This document shows positions 55,493 through 64,000 of a stretch of DNA of 64,000 nt, one piece after another; position 1 is the stretch's first letter; each line of letters begins with the position of its first letter. The stretch is taken from contig JAIPJX010000002.1 in the NCBI GenBank assembly GCA_021733945.1, positions 8,247 to 72,246 on the forward strand, in the 5' to 3' direction. The stretch is from Verrucomicrobiota bacterium. Its GTDB lineage: Bacteria > Verrucomicrobiota > Verrucomicrobiia > Limisphaerales > SIBE01. The position numbers were made by a program, and so were the translations under genes. The notes under the pieces were generated by a model that was not told where the DNA came from, searched no databases, and worked only from the letters and a program-made list of their open reading frames with translations.

Positions 55493-56467
55493 TCATTCGA
55501 CCGGGGACACGCGCAACGCCCTCAAGGTTCGCAACTCTGGAAAGGGCATGCGCCGCAGCGTCCGTGCGCCGGTTCGTCTTTTGGGTCCGAATCGATGTCT
55601 AAATCTCTGAAAGATTTCTTCCACAAACAGTTGTGAACCCAGGGCTGCTCCATCGTTGAAATACCGGATCCGCAGCCGGATTGCCTGGGTCGCGCTCAGT
55701 TTGCCCTTTGCTTTCCAGAGTTTCCGGATCTTTTCCAATTCAAGGTCATCGTTGGTTTCGCCGGATCCCGCCTTGCTGAACAACGTCTCCCGGTATTTGC
55801 CAACCACGCGTCGCCAATCGCCCTCCGCAGTTCCGACAAAACTCTCAATCCCGGCGATTGCCATGGATTGGCCTGCGGCTGCTTCCGCGTAGCCGCAGAA
55901 GCGGTAATTTGCTGGGTCTTCGACCATTCCGGCCCGCACCGGGTTCAGATCGATGTAGGCAGCCACGGTGCGCACGACATCCGCCCGGTCCTCGACGAGG
56001 ATGCTCCGGAACCGTTCGGCCCAGAGTGTGCCGAACCGATCGGTCCGTTTGTTATACCAGACGGTGAAACGCTGTTTGAGTTCCTTCATGAACACCGATA
56101 TGTCGTTCATCCGTTTCAGCAATCGGGTGCGCTCCTGATCCCGGCAGCCGCCTCCAATCCGGATCGATTCGGCGATGCGAAGGGTTATCGGTGCCGTCCT
56201 GCCGTAGAATTCGGCCGTCCTTTTAAGCAGCTCTCCGTCCGTGAGCTCCGGTTGTGGGCGAACCCGGGCGAGGATGTGGAAATGATTGGACATCAGGCTG
56301 TAAGTGATGATTTGAACCCCGCAGAACGCGGATTGACGATGCATCATCCTTTGAAGTGCCTCTTTGACCGGATTCTCGGCCAAAAGAAACTCGCCGCCAA
56401 CGATGCGGGATATGCAATGGTACACAGCGGTTTGATCTGGCGATTGTTTAAACCTCGGTATTCTCAT
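55493..56467 (-). CDS. IS200/IS605-superfamily-like Y1 HUH transposase homolog (RAYT-like), paralog 2
   Basis: HUH SNHFHIL and Tyr context AAYIDLNPVRAGMV. The start is taken at ATG 56467 (MRIPRFKQ), giving 324 aa against 323 aa for paralog 1. The track ORF extension to 56668 runs through the repeat hairpin. Confidence 0.8.
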   Translation of the reverse strand: MRIPRFKQSPDQTAVYHCISRIVGGEFLLAENPVKEALQRMMHRQSAFCGVQIITYSLMSNHFHILARVRPQPELTDGELLKRTAEFYGRTAPITLRIAESIRIGGGCRDQERTRLLKRMNDISVFMKELKQRFTVWYNKRTDRFGTLWAERFRSILVEDRADVVRTVAAYIDLNPVRAGMVEDPANYRFCGYAEAAAGQSMAIAGIESFVGTAEGDWRRVVGKYRETLFSKAGSGETNDDLELEKIRKLWKAKGKLSATQAIRLRIRYFNDGAALGSQLFVEEIFQRFRHRFGPKRRTGARTLRRMPFPELRTLRALRVSPVE

Positions 56468-56576
56468 AGAAATCCTATGTTTATGCAGGGGTAAGACGCG
56501 GGTAATTCGACGCCCCGATTCCCTCCGTTCCTCCTCAGGAAAGATCGCTCTGGGAGAGCGGCGCGTCAAATTCTTT

Positions 56577-56621
56577 GAGCCTGTCCCTTTGTTGTTTTCA
56601 ATGCGATAAAGGGACAGGCTC
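56577..56621. repeat. Perfect 14-bp inverted repeat of the GGGACAGGCT-family motif (REP-like hairpin)
   Basis: GAGCCTGTCCCTTT (56577-56590) and AAAGGGACAGGCTC (56608-56621) are separated by a 17-nt loop. The hairpin lies about 110-155 nt upstream of RAYT-like gene 2. Confidence 0.7.
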
Positions 56622-56677
56622 TTTGTTCTTGTTGCCGGGCTCTTGCGCTCCGGAGATTTGAATAGCATGATCGCCGG

Positions 56678-58546
56678 ATGATGATCCTGTTCCCATATCT
56701 GAGTCGCGGATGGTTTTCCGGGATTGGCACGCTTGGAATCCTCCTTTTGGGCTTCCCCGACATGGCATCCGCAGCAGCGCCGGAACGGGAGGCGCCCGGA
56801 TGGGCGAAGGGTGCGATCTGGTATCAGATTTTCCCGGAACGATTCCGGAACGGGGATCCGACCAATGATCCAATACGGGAAAGCCTCGAAGGCACTTGGC
56901 CCTATGTGGTTCCAGAGAATTGGGCCCTGAATTCCTGGACTTCGGATTGGTATTCACTCCAGCCCTGGGAGGTGGCCTCCGGCAAAGGGTTTTATCATGT
57001 GGCTCAACTCAGACGCTATGGGGGCGATCTCCAGGGGATCCTGGATCGGTTGGGATATCTGCAGGATTTGGGAGTGACGGCGATTTACCTGAATCCGGTC
57101 TTCGAGTCCGCTTCTCTTCACAAATACGGCGCGACCCTGTTCCATCATATCGATCGTCATTTCGGACCAGACCCGAAGGGCGACAAAGGGGTGTTTGAGC
57201 GTGAGGATGCCGCTGATCCAACGACATGGACCTGGTCGGCAGCTGACCGCTTGTTTTTGCGTCTCATCCGGGAGGTGCACCGTCGGGACATGCGAATCAT
57301 TATTGACGGGGTGTTTAATCATGTGGGGATTCCGTTCTGGGCGCTTCAACGTGCCCGTGCCGAAGGGCCGGACAGCCGTTTTGCCAAGTGGTTCCATATC
57401 AGGCAATGGGACGACCCTTCGACTCCCGAAGACGAGTTCGATTATCAGGGTTGGGTGGGGATCAAAGATCTTCCCGAGTTTCGAAAGGGGCCGACTGGGC
57501 CAGACCCCGATGTGAAGGAACATTTCCGGGCTGTTGTGAAACGGTGGATGGACCCTGATGGCGATGGTGATCCGTCCGACGGAATTGATGGGTGGAGATT
57601 GGATGTGGCCGAGCAGTTGCCGATCGCGTTTTGGGAGGAATTCCGGGGATGGGTCAAAGCGATTCGTCCGGACGCCTACATCACCGGGGAAATTTGGTGG
57701 GAGGACTACAATGCAAACAAATTCAAAAACGCTTCTCCCTACCTGGGCAATGCTTTCGATGGAGTGATGAACTACCGGTTTGGTGATGCTTTGTACCGGT
57801 TCTTTAATGAGTCACCCAACCCTGTCTTGCCGGCGGAGTTCAGCAACCTGATTCAGGGGATCCATCAGGACTACGGCTATGATCGCGCTTTGGGACTTCA
57901 AAACCTGATGGACAGCCACGATACCAGCCGGATCGGGTCCGCGGTCGTCAACCCCGGTTTCCGGCAGGATCACGGGGCGAACATTGACGGGAATCGAGCC
58001 TATCAGGTGCGAAAACCGAACCTGATGGAAAGGGAGGTGTTGAAGCTCATGGTGGCTTTCCAATTCTGTGCTCCCGGAGCTCCTTACGTTTACTACGGTG
58101 ATGAAGTTGGCATGTGGGGTGCCGATGACCCGGATTGCCGCAAACCAATGGTTTGGTCGGACCTGACCTACGAAACCGAGACGACGCATCCGTTTGGCCT
58201 GCCGCGTCCGAAGGATCCCGTCGCGGTGGACACCGATCTGCTGAACTTTTACAAACGCCTGATCCGGTTTCGCAGCCGTCACCCGGAGGTGCAGGAGGGT
58301 GCCACGCGACTGATCACGCTGCCAAATGAGCCACGGTTCATTGCCATCGCTCGAACCTTGTCGGGAGCATCGACCCTCGCCGCGTTTAATGCCGGCCCGA
58401 ATCCGGTCGTGATGACGGGCGGCTCGGTGGGGATGGATGTTCCGGGCGACTGGAAGGCAGTGTTCGGTCCGGCTCCGGCTCTTCAAATCGTTTTGCGTCC
58501 TCGTGAGTTCGCCGTGTGGAGCGATTCACCGGGGATGCAGCCGTGA
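56678..58546 (+). CDS. GH13 alpha-amylase-family glycoside hydrolase (neopullulanase/cyclomaltodextrinase-like), secreted
   Basis: Conserved regions I to IV: DGVFNHVG, DGWRLDVAEQLP, GEIWWE, LMDSHDTSR. N-terminal hydrophobic leader. Confidence 0.9.
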   Translation: MMILFPYLSRGWFSGIGTLGILLLGFPDMASAAAPEREAPGWAKGAIWYQIFPERFRNGDPTNDPIRESLEGTWPYVVPENWALNSWTSDWYSLQPWEVASGKGFYHVAQLRRYGGDLQGILDRLGYLQDLGVTAIYLNPVFESASLHKYGATLFHHIDRHFGPDPKGDKGVFEREDAADPTTWTWSAADRLFLRLIREVHRRDMRIIIDGVFNHVGIPFWALQRARAEGPDSRFAKWFHIRQWDDPSTPEDEFDYQGWVGIKDLPEFRKGPTGPDPDVKEHFRAVVKRWMDPDGDGDPSDGIDGWRLDVAEQLPIAFWEEFRGWVKAIRPDAYITGEIWWEDYNANKFKNASPYLGNAFDGVMNYRFGDALYRFFNESPNPVLPAEFSNLIQGIHQDYGYDRALGLQNLMDSHDTSRIGSAVVNPGFRQDHGANIDGNRAYQVRKPNLMEREVLKLMVAFQFCAPGAPYVYYGDEVGMWGADDPDCRKPMVWSDLTYETETTHPFGLPRPKDPVAVDTDLLNFYKRLIRFRSRHPEVQEGATRLITLPNEPRFIAIARTLSGASTLAAFNAGPNPVVMTGGSVGMDVPGDWKAVFGPAPALQIVLRPREFAVWSDSPGMQP

Positions 58547-58639
58547 AGAACAACCGGACGGCGAAAGGGTTCCGGTGCGGAATTCGGTTGCCGGGAGTCC
58601 GGGGGGCAGTATGAAATTCATCCGCGGCAACGCACGTTC

Positions 58640-60838
58640 ATGATACACACCGCCTCGATCCTTTCATCGATGGTTGACCTGTTCTCCCTGGTGAAGAGCG
58701 GGGAGATCCCATCCGCCGTCCGTGTCTGCCTGGACGTTGCCCATCCGTTGGAGCTGAAGCTGGTTGCGATGGGGTTGATCCCGTTCGTGCTTTTCCACTT
58801 TGTCCTGGGTGGATTCTCAAGCTCTCGCAAGGGTCATGTGTTTTTCGGCTGGATGGCGATGACGGGTGCCCTGCTTGGGCTGGCAATGAGCAGCGGATTT
58901 GATGCTCTCAGTTGTGTTTTGTTGTCTCTTTTCGCGCTGTTTGCACTTCGATTGGTTGGTGAGCTTCAAAACCAGCCGATGCACCAGCGGTTTGATCGTT
59001 ACGGTTGGCATTGGGTTGTGACGTCCGCCGTGGTGCTTCTGGGGCCCGTGGTGCGAGCCAAACTAGTGCCCGGCTTTTCTCCCTGGATCGGAGACGTGGC
59101 TGTTCTCGCCAACCTGTTCCTCTACCCTGTCCTCCTGTGTGAGATGCTGCCGGTGATGGTCCGTGCTGCAAGGGGAAGAAAGGAAGGTTCGATCGTCGGG
59201 ATTTCCGGCTTGGTCCTGTTGATTGTCGTGCAGGGTGGGTATGTCGGACTGCGCGCGTGGGGTGGGCCGTTCAGTGGCGAAGGATTGTTTCAGGGAGAAT
59301 GGTTGCTTCTGGGGGCGGCGGGCTTTCTGATGACCGGCTCTGTGCAACTGGCCATGAAGAGCGGGCGCACCGATCTGGCGCTGCGGGAACGTGACGTGGA
59401 ACTTGCGTTGGCGAACCAGCATCTGGAGCAGGTCCGGCGGGCAGCTGACACTTCCGACAAAGCGCGGGGCCGATTCCTGGCGAGCATCAGCCACGGAATT
59501 CGTTCCCCGTTGACTTCGATTCTGGGTCACGCCCAAATCCTGAGACGAGACGCGGCGCTTCCGGAATCCGGTCGGATCTCTGCAGAGACGATCGAACGGA
59601 GTGCCCTGCAATTGAAGCTTCTGATTGATGAAGTCCTGGATTTTGCCAGGATCGAGGCCGGACGCATGGAGGTGCGGCGAACCGACTTCGATCTGGGGAC
59701 TCTGATGGAGAGCCTCGTAGCGGTGTTTCGAATGCCATGCGCGGAGAAGAAACTCAGTCTGAAGATGGAGTGGGATTTGTCCGAGACCGCCCAAAAAGGA
59801 CGGTGGTTTGGAGAGTTTGACTCGGCGGCGGCCACGCACAGCGCGGACACACGGCCCCTACTGCCGGCCATTCCCCTGACGGGCGATGAAGGGAAACTGA
59901 GCTATGTGTTGAGCACGCTGCTGTCGAACGCGGTGAAATACACGGAGCGAGGCTCGATCAAACTGCGCATTTCTCTTTTCTCGTCCACTGAGTTTTCCAA
60001 ACGCCCGGCTGGATCCGCGGCGGAATCTCGAGGCCAGTCATCGACTGTCATGAATCCCGAACCCACGTCTCAGCGATCTCCGGGGGCGGTGGCCGGGGTC
60101 TCTGTGATTTCCGAGTCCATCGACGCGGGGGGGGCCTCTCTCGTATATCGATTTGAGGTGATTGACACGGGGTGTGGGATTTCGCACGGAGCCCAGATGC
60201 GGTTGTTCGAACCGTTTCGTCAGGAGTCGGGTGCCCCCAGAAGGGGTGGTCCGGGTTTGGGCCTCGCTCTGGCTCGCCGCCATGTGGAATTGATGGGGGG
60301 GCTTCTAAGAGTACAGTCCGAGTTGGGTAAGGGTTCGAAATTCTATTTTGATGTCCCGTTGGCCCCGGCGCAACGCGGAGCGGGACAGGCCTCTGAAACG
60401 CGCGAGGTTTCATGCCTTGCGGCCGGCCATTCGGTGAGGGCGCTTGTGGTGGACGACGTCCGCGAGAATCGGGATGTTTTGGCGCAGATGCTCTCCCGGA
60501 TCGGGTGCTCCGTAAGGATGGCGGGGAGTGGACCCGAGGCGTTGGAAATGATGCGCGCGGAGTTGCCCTCGATTGTATTCATGGATATCCGGATGCCGGG
60601 AATGTGGGGGGACGAGGCCTTGAAGCGGATCACGGCGGAATTCGGCGAACGAAGACCGGCAATGGTGGCGTTGTCGGCATTTGCACTGTCGCAGGAACGG
60701 GAGTCGTACATGGAGGCGGGCTTCAACGAGTTCCTCGGCAAACCGGTGCGTCTTGAGCTGCTGTGCGACACGCTCCGCCGGTTGCTTCAGGTGGAGTTTG
60801 ATTACCGGGACGGCGACGCAGGTATCCGGTTTGCCTGA
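58640..60838 (+). CDS. Hybrid sensor histidine kinase / response regulator with a multi-TM N-terminal sensor region
   Basis: About 6-7 TM helices. H-box FLASISHGIRSPL, N-box LLSNAVKYT, G1 VIDTGCGIS, G2 GPGLGLALA. C-terminal REC (ALVVDDVRENRD...MDIRMPGM). The start may lie downstream of 58640. Confidence 0.9.
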   Translation: MIHTASILSSMVDLFSLVKSGEIPSAVRVCLDVAHPLELKLVAMGLIPFVLFHFVLGGFSSSRKGHVFFGWMAMTGALLGLAMSSGFDALSCVLLSLFALFALRLVGELQNQPMHQRFDRYGWHWVVTSAVVLLGPVVRAKLVPGFSPWIGDVAVLANLFLYPVLLCEMLPVMVRAARGRKEGSIVGISGLVLLIVVQGGYVGLRAWGGPFSGEGLFQGEWLLLGAAGFLMTGSVQLAMKSGRTDLALRERDVELALANQHLEQVRRAADTSDKARGRFLASISHGIRSPLTSILGHAQILRRDAALPESGRISAETIERSALQLKLLIDEVLDFARIEAGRMEVRRTDFDLGTLMESLVAVFRMPCAEKKLSLKMEWDLSETAQKGRWFGEFDSAAATHSADTRPLLPAIPLTGDEGKLSYVLSTLLSNAVKYTERGSIKLRISLFSSTEFSKRPAGSAAESRGQSSTVMNPEPTSQRSPGAVAGVSVISESIDAGGASLVYRFEVIDTGCGISHGAQMRLFEPFRQESGAPRRGGPGLGLALARRHVELMGGLLRVQSELGKGSKFYFDVPLAPAQRGAGQASETREVSCLAAGHSVRALVVDDVRENRDVLAQMLSRIGCSVRMAGSGPEALEMMRAELPSIVFMDIRMPGMWGDEALKRITAEFGERRPAMVALSAFALSQERESYMEAGFNEFLGKPVRLELLCDTLRRLLQVEFDYRDGDAGIRFA

Positions 60839-60865
60839 TCGCGGATTCTGTGGCAGAAAGGGAGT

Positions 60866-63800
60866 ATGCGAACTCAATTCCTATTCGTCTGCACCCTGCT
60901 GAGCGTGGCCGGTTTCGTGGGGGAGCCGATCCGTGGAGCCGCCGAAGCGCCGCTGCAGTTCAACCGTGATATTCGACCGATTCTTTCGGACAACTGCTTT
61001 TCGTGCCACGGGCCCGATGAAGCGAAACGGAAAGCCAAGCTGCGGCTGGACAAAGAGGAGGGGGCGCTGGCGGATCTCGGGGGGTATCAGGCGGTGTTGC
61101 CGGGGCAACCTTCGGAGAGCGAACTGATCCGGCGGATTGTGGCAACGGATCCGGACGAATTAATGCCTCCGGCCAAGTCCGGCAAGAAATTGACCCCGGA
61201 GCAGGTGTCTACCCTGAGGAGCTGGATCGCACAGGGAGCGCAGTGGCAGGAGCATTGGGCTTACCTCCCGCCCCAACGGGTCGAGGCACCCGGGATGAGT
61301 TGGTTCGCGAATCCAATAGACTATTTTGTTTCCAAACGACTGGGCAAGGAGGGGGTGGAGCCGTCGTCCCGAGCCGACAAGGTCACGCAGATTCGAAGAG
61401 TGACCCTCTCGCTGACCGGGTTGCCTCCAACCCCGGACGAGGTGGAATCCTTCCTGCAGGACGCTTCGAGCAATGCGTATGAAAAGGTCGTGGATCGGCT
61501 GCTCGGTTCCCCGCGGTTCGGTGAACACATGGCAAGATATTGGCTCGACGAAGCGCGCTACGGGGATACGCATGGGTTGCACCTCGACAACGAACGTTCC
61601 ATCTGGCCGTATCGGGACTGGGTGATTCGGGCGTTCAACGACAACAAACCGTTTGATGATTTCACCGTCGAACAGCTGGCCGGCGACCTGCTGCCGAATC
61701 CGACCCGCGACCAGCTGGTGGCCACCGGGTTCAACCGGTGCAATGTGACCACCAGCGAAGGCGGAGCCATTCCGGAAGAGTTCGCCGTGCGGTACGCGGT
61801 GGATCGGGTGTCCACCATGGCCACGGTCTGGATGGGCACCACCGCCGGATGCGCGGTCTGTCATGATCACAAGTTCGACCCGTTGTTACAGCGGGAGTTC
61901 TACAGCCTTTACGATTTCTTCAACGATCTCGACGAGAACCCGATGGATGGCAATGCGCTGCTGCCGCCGCCGACGGTCCGGTTGGCGACGCCCGAACAGG
62001 ACGCGCGCCTGAAGGAATTCGAGGAGCAGATTGCACTGGTGCAGAAGGTCATTCACTCGACGGCGGAGGCGTTCCCTTATGAGGATCCGCTGGGTCCCGG
62101 GCAGGTCGAAACCCTTCCCTATCGCGAGTTTGTCTGGGTGGCTGTTGCTCCGCCCGAGGGCGCGAAAATCTCCACCGAAAAGGAGTCGTGGGAGTATGCC
62201 TCGAGGCGCGAGGCGCCGGTCCGCAGTGAAAGTCGCGTAGTTGTTCAGAACGCGTCGGGGCTCGGCCGTCATTTTTTCACCGAATCACCGACGGGCCTGA
62301 ATGTGGGGGTTGGGGACAGGTTGTTCGTTCGTGTTTATCTGGACCCCAAACGAACGCCGCGTGAAATTGCGATCCGAGTCCACGATGGGAAAGGGTGGAG
62401 CCAAAGCGCGTTCTGGGGGGAGGATCTGATCGATGCGGGAGCTCCGGACAGCGAGAGCCGCCACCGCGTCGGTGAGCTTCCGTCCGCCGGGCAGTGGGTC
62501 CGGCTCGAGGTGGAGACCTCGCGGCTCGGTCTGCAGCCCGGGGCACGAATCCGGGGAATGTCGTTTGATCAGTTCGACGGGCGTGTCTATTGGGATCAAG
62601 CGGGCATTGTGAGTCGATGGCCGCAGGCCGGGGAGGGGTTTGATTCGCTGCTTGCCTGGCAGGCTTATTCCCGTGAGCAGGAGAAACCGCCACTGCCGGA
62701 GGCGATCCAGAAAGCAGTCAAATCCGGGGTTGCAGCCCAGAATGCGGCGGAAAAAAAGCAGGTCCGGGAATATTTCGTCGAGAATGTCCATCCTGGTGCG
62801 AGGTCCGTATTCGGTGCGCTGCACGATCGGGTCAAGGAGTTGACCAATCAGCGGAACGAGTTCGATCGATCCATCCTGCGTTCGTTGATCACGCGGGACC
62901 GGAACGAGCCAATTCCGGCGCACGTCCTGAAGCGCGGCGAATACGACAAGCCGGGCGAGGAGGTGCATGCGGGGGTGCCTGCGGTTTTCCCGCCACTTCC
63001 CGAGGGACAACCGACCAACCGCCTCGGTCTTGCCCGATGGCTGGTGAGCCCGGAGCACCCGTTGACCGCGCGGGTGACGGTGAATCGGATGTGGCAGCAA
63101 CATTTCGGGATCGGCCTGGTGCGCACCGCGGAGGATTTTGGTTCGCAGGGGGAGCCCCCGTCGCACCCCGAGCTGCTCGATTGGTTGGCCACGGAATTTG
63201 TCGCCCGCGATTGGGATGTGAAGGCCATGCACAAACTGATCGTGATGTCCGCCACCTACCGGCAGGATTCGCGGGTTCGGAGCGAACTGCGGGATCCGGA
63301 AAACCGGTTGCATGCGCGTGGCCCCCGATTCCGTTTGGACGCCGAGTCCATCCGGGACAGCGTGCTGGCCATCAGCGGGCTTTTGGTGGAGGAGATTGGT
63401 GGGAAAGGTGTGAAGCCGTATCAGCCTCCGGGCATCTGGAAGGAGGTGGCCTATACGTCGAGCAACACCTCCAATTACAAGCGGGACTCAGGAGACGCCC
63501 TGTTCCGGCGCAGTGTCTATATCTTTTGGAAACGAACAGCCCCGCCGCCGATGATGCGGATTTTCGATGCGCCCACCCGGGAGGCATGCCAGGTGCGTCG
63601 GGAACGGACCAACACGCCCTTGCAGGCGCTGGCGTTGCTGAACGAAACGCTTGCCATCGAATCGGCGCGGCACATGGCCCGGCGCATGATCCGGGAAGGA
63701 GGGGGGAGCTGCGCGGCTCGTGTGGCCTACGGGTTCCGGCTGGCCACCGGGCGGACGCCCGATGTGGAGGAGCAGCAAACGCTCAATGCGTTGTGCGATC

Positions 63801-63961
63801 GGTTGCGGGCGGACTATGAAGCCGACCCCGGGGCGGCCCGCAAACTCCTGGAGGTGGGCGAGTCGAGGTTGGACCCGGAAGAAGCCACACCCGAGCTTGC
63901 CGCATACACCATGGTGGCCAATACCCTGTTGAACCTGAGCGAAACAATTACTTTAAACTGA
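60866..63961 (+). CDS. PSCyt1 (planctomycete cytochrome c) + DUF1549 + DUF1553 (PSD1) protein
   Basis: N-terminal FNRDIRPILSDNCFSCHGPDEAKRKAKLRLD, a second heme-like site CAVCHDHKFDP, and a C-terminal DUF1553-like region. This architecture is typical of PVC bacteria. Confidence 0.9.
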   Translation: MRTQFLFVCTLLSVAGFVGEPIRGAAEAPLQFNRDIRPILSDNCFSCHGPDEAKRKAKLRLDKEEGALADLGGYQAVLPGQPSESELIRRIVATDPDELMPPAKSGKKLTPEQVSTLRSWIAQGAQWQEHWAYLPPQRVEAPGMSWFANPIDYFVSKRLGKEGVEPSSRADKVTQIRRVTLSLTGLPPTPDEVESFLQDASSNAYEKVVDRLLGSPRFGEHMARYWLDEARYGDTHGLHLDNERSIWPYRDWVIRAFNDNKPFDDFTVEQLAGDLLPNPTRDQLVATGFNRCNVTTSEGGAIPEEFAVRYAVDRVSTMATVWMGTTAGCAVCHDHKFDPLLQREFYSLYDFFNDLDENPMDGNALLPPPTVRLATPEQDARLKEFEEQIALVQKVIHSTAEAFPYEDPLGPGQVETLPYREFVWVAVAPPEGAKISTEKESWEYASRREAPVRSESRVVVQNASGLGRHFFTESPTGLNVGVGDRLFVRVYLDPKRTPREIAIRVHDGKGWSQSAFWGEDLIDAGAPDSESRHRVGELPSAGQWVRLEVETSRLGLQPGARIRGMSFDQFDGRVYWDQAGIVSRWPQAGEGFDSLLAWQAYSREQEKPPLPEAIQKAVKSGVAAQNAAEKKQVREYFVENVHPGARSVFGALHDRVKELTNQRNEFDRSILRSLITRDRNEPIPAHVLKRGEYDKPGEEVHAGVPAVFPPLPEGQPTNRLGLARWLVSPEHPLTARVTVNRMWQQHFGIGLVRTAEDFGSQGEPPSHPELLDWLATEFVARDWDVKAMHKLIVMSATYRQDSRVRSELRDPENRLHARGPRFRLDAESIRDSVLAISGLLVEEIGGKGVKPYQPPGIWKEVAYTSSNTSNYKRDSGDALFRRSVYIFWKRTAPPPMMRIFDAPTREACQVRRERTNTPLQALALLNETLAIESARHMARRMIREGGGSCAARVAYGFRLATGRTPDVEEQQTLNALCDRLRADYEADPGAARKLLEVGESRLDPEEATPELAAYTMVANTLLNLSETITLN

Positions 63962-63969
63962 ATTTTCCC

Positions 63970-64000
63970 ATGAATTCCCTTCAATCTCATCTGGACGGTT
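63970..64000 (+). CDS. Start of a downstream ORF cut by the window edge (possibly the DUF1501 partner usually found after PSD1 genes)
   Basis: ATG at 63970 reads MNSLQSHLDG. Only 10 codons are visible. The DUF1501 suggestion rests solely on the usual gene pairing. Confidence 0.25.
   Translation, partial: MNSLQSHLDG

Overview
This is a GC-rich, very gene-dense chromosomal segment with about 50 supported CDS and many 4-nt ATGA/GTGA start-stop overlaps. It most likely comes from a PVC-superphylum bacterium (Verrucomicrobiota or Planctomycetota). The taxonomic hint comes from a PSCyt1-DUF1549-DUF1553 protein, a 'membrane-bound dehydrogenase' propeller/HEAT protein, FG-GAP and PQQ-like propellers, and RAYT-like Y1 transposase paralogs.

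Gene content, in order:
- A Mn/Fe/Zn-type ABC importer, 5'-truncated, whose first permease is fused to a DtxR-type repressor domain.
- A CarH-type B12 photoreceptor gene coupled to a DUF2892 gene, divergent from a six-gene operon that looks like a C30 carotenoid glycoside-ester pathway.
- Secreted beta-helix, alkaline-phosphatase-superfamily and PQQ-like proteins.
- A long minus-strand housekeeping array: pta (split), hisC, argA, an L,D-transpeptidase, proA and an unusual ATP-grasp-like gene.
- RAYT-like gene 1.
- A PVC dehydrogenase-like gene plus an FG-GAP gene.
- secA, then the system II cytochrome c biogenesis genes (ccsA, resB) preceded by a tandem-repeat lipoprotein.
- rho with a disordered N-terminal extension.
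- A single ORF fusing LMW-PTP, RpiB and SHMT.
- An S41 peptidase homolog with all three catalytic residues replaced.
- A purine cluster (purD, purM, purF, purL, purQ, purS) headed by a methyltransferase.
- Glycosyltransferases, cysS, RAYT-like gene 2, a GH13 enzyme, a hybrid histidine kinase and a PSD1 protein.

I found no rRNA, tRNA or CRISPR array by eye.

Most of the window is core metabolism. The stretches most worth a second look are:
- the B12-photoreceptor/carotenoid locus;
- three domain fusions or rearrangements (permease-DtxR, PTP-RpiB-SHMT, reversed and split Pta);
- a short GGGACAGGCT-type repeat family that accompanies both RAYT-like genes and also sits in one orphan intergenic region;
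- the uncharacterised duplicated lipoprotein fused into the ccs operon.

All functional calls come from motif recognition by eye. No database search was run.
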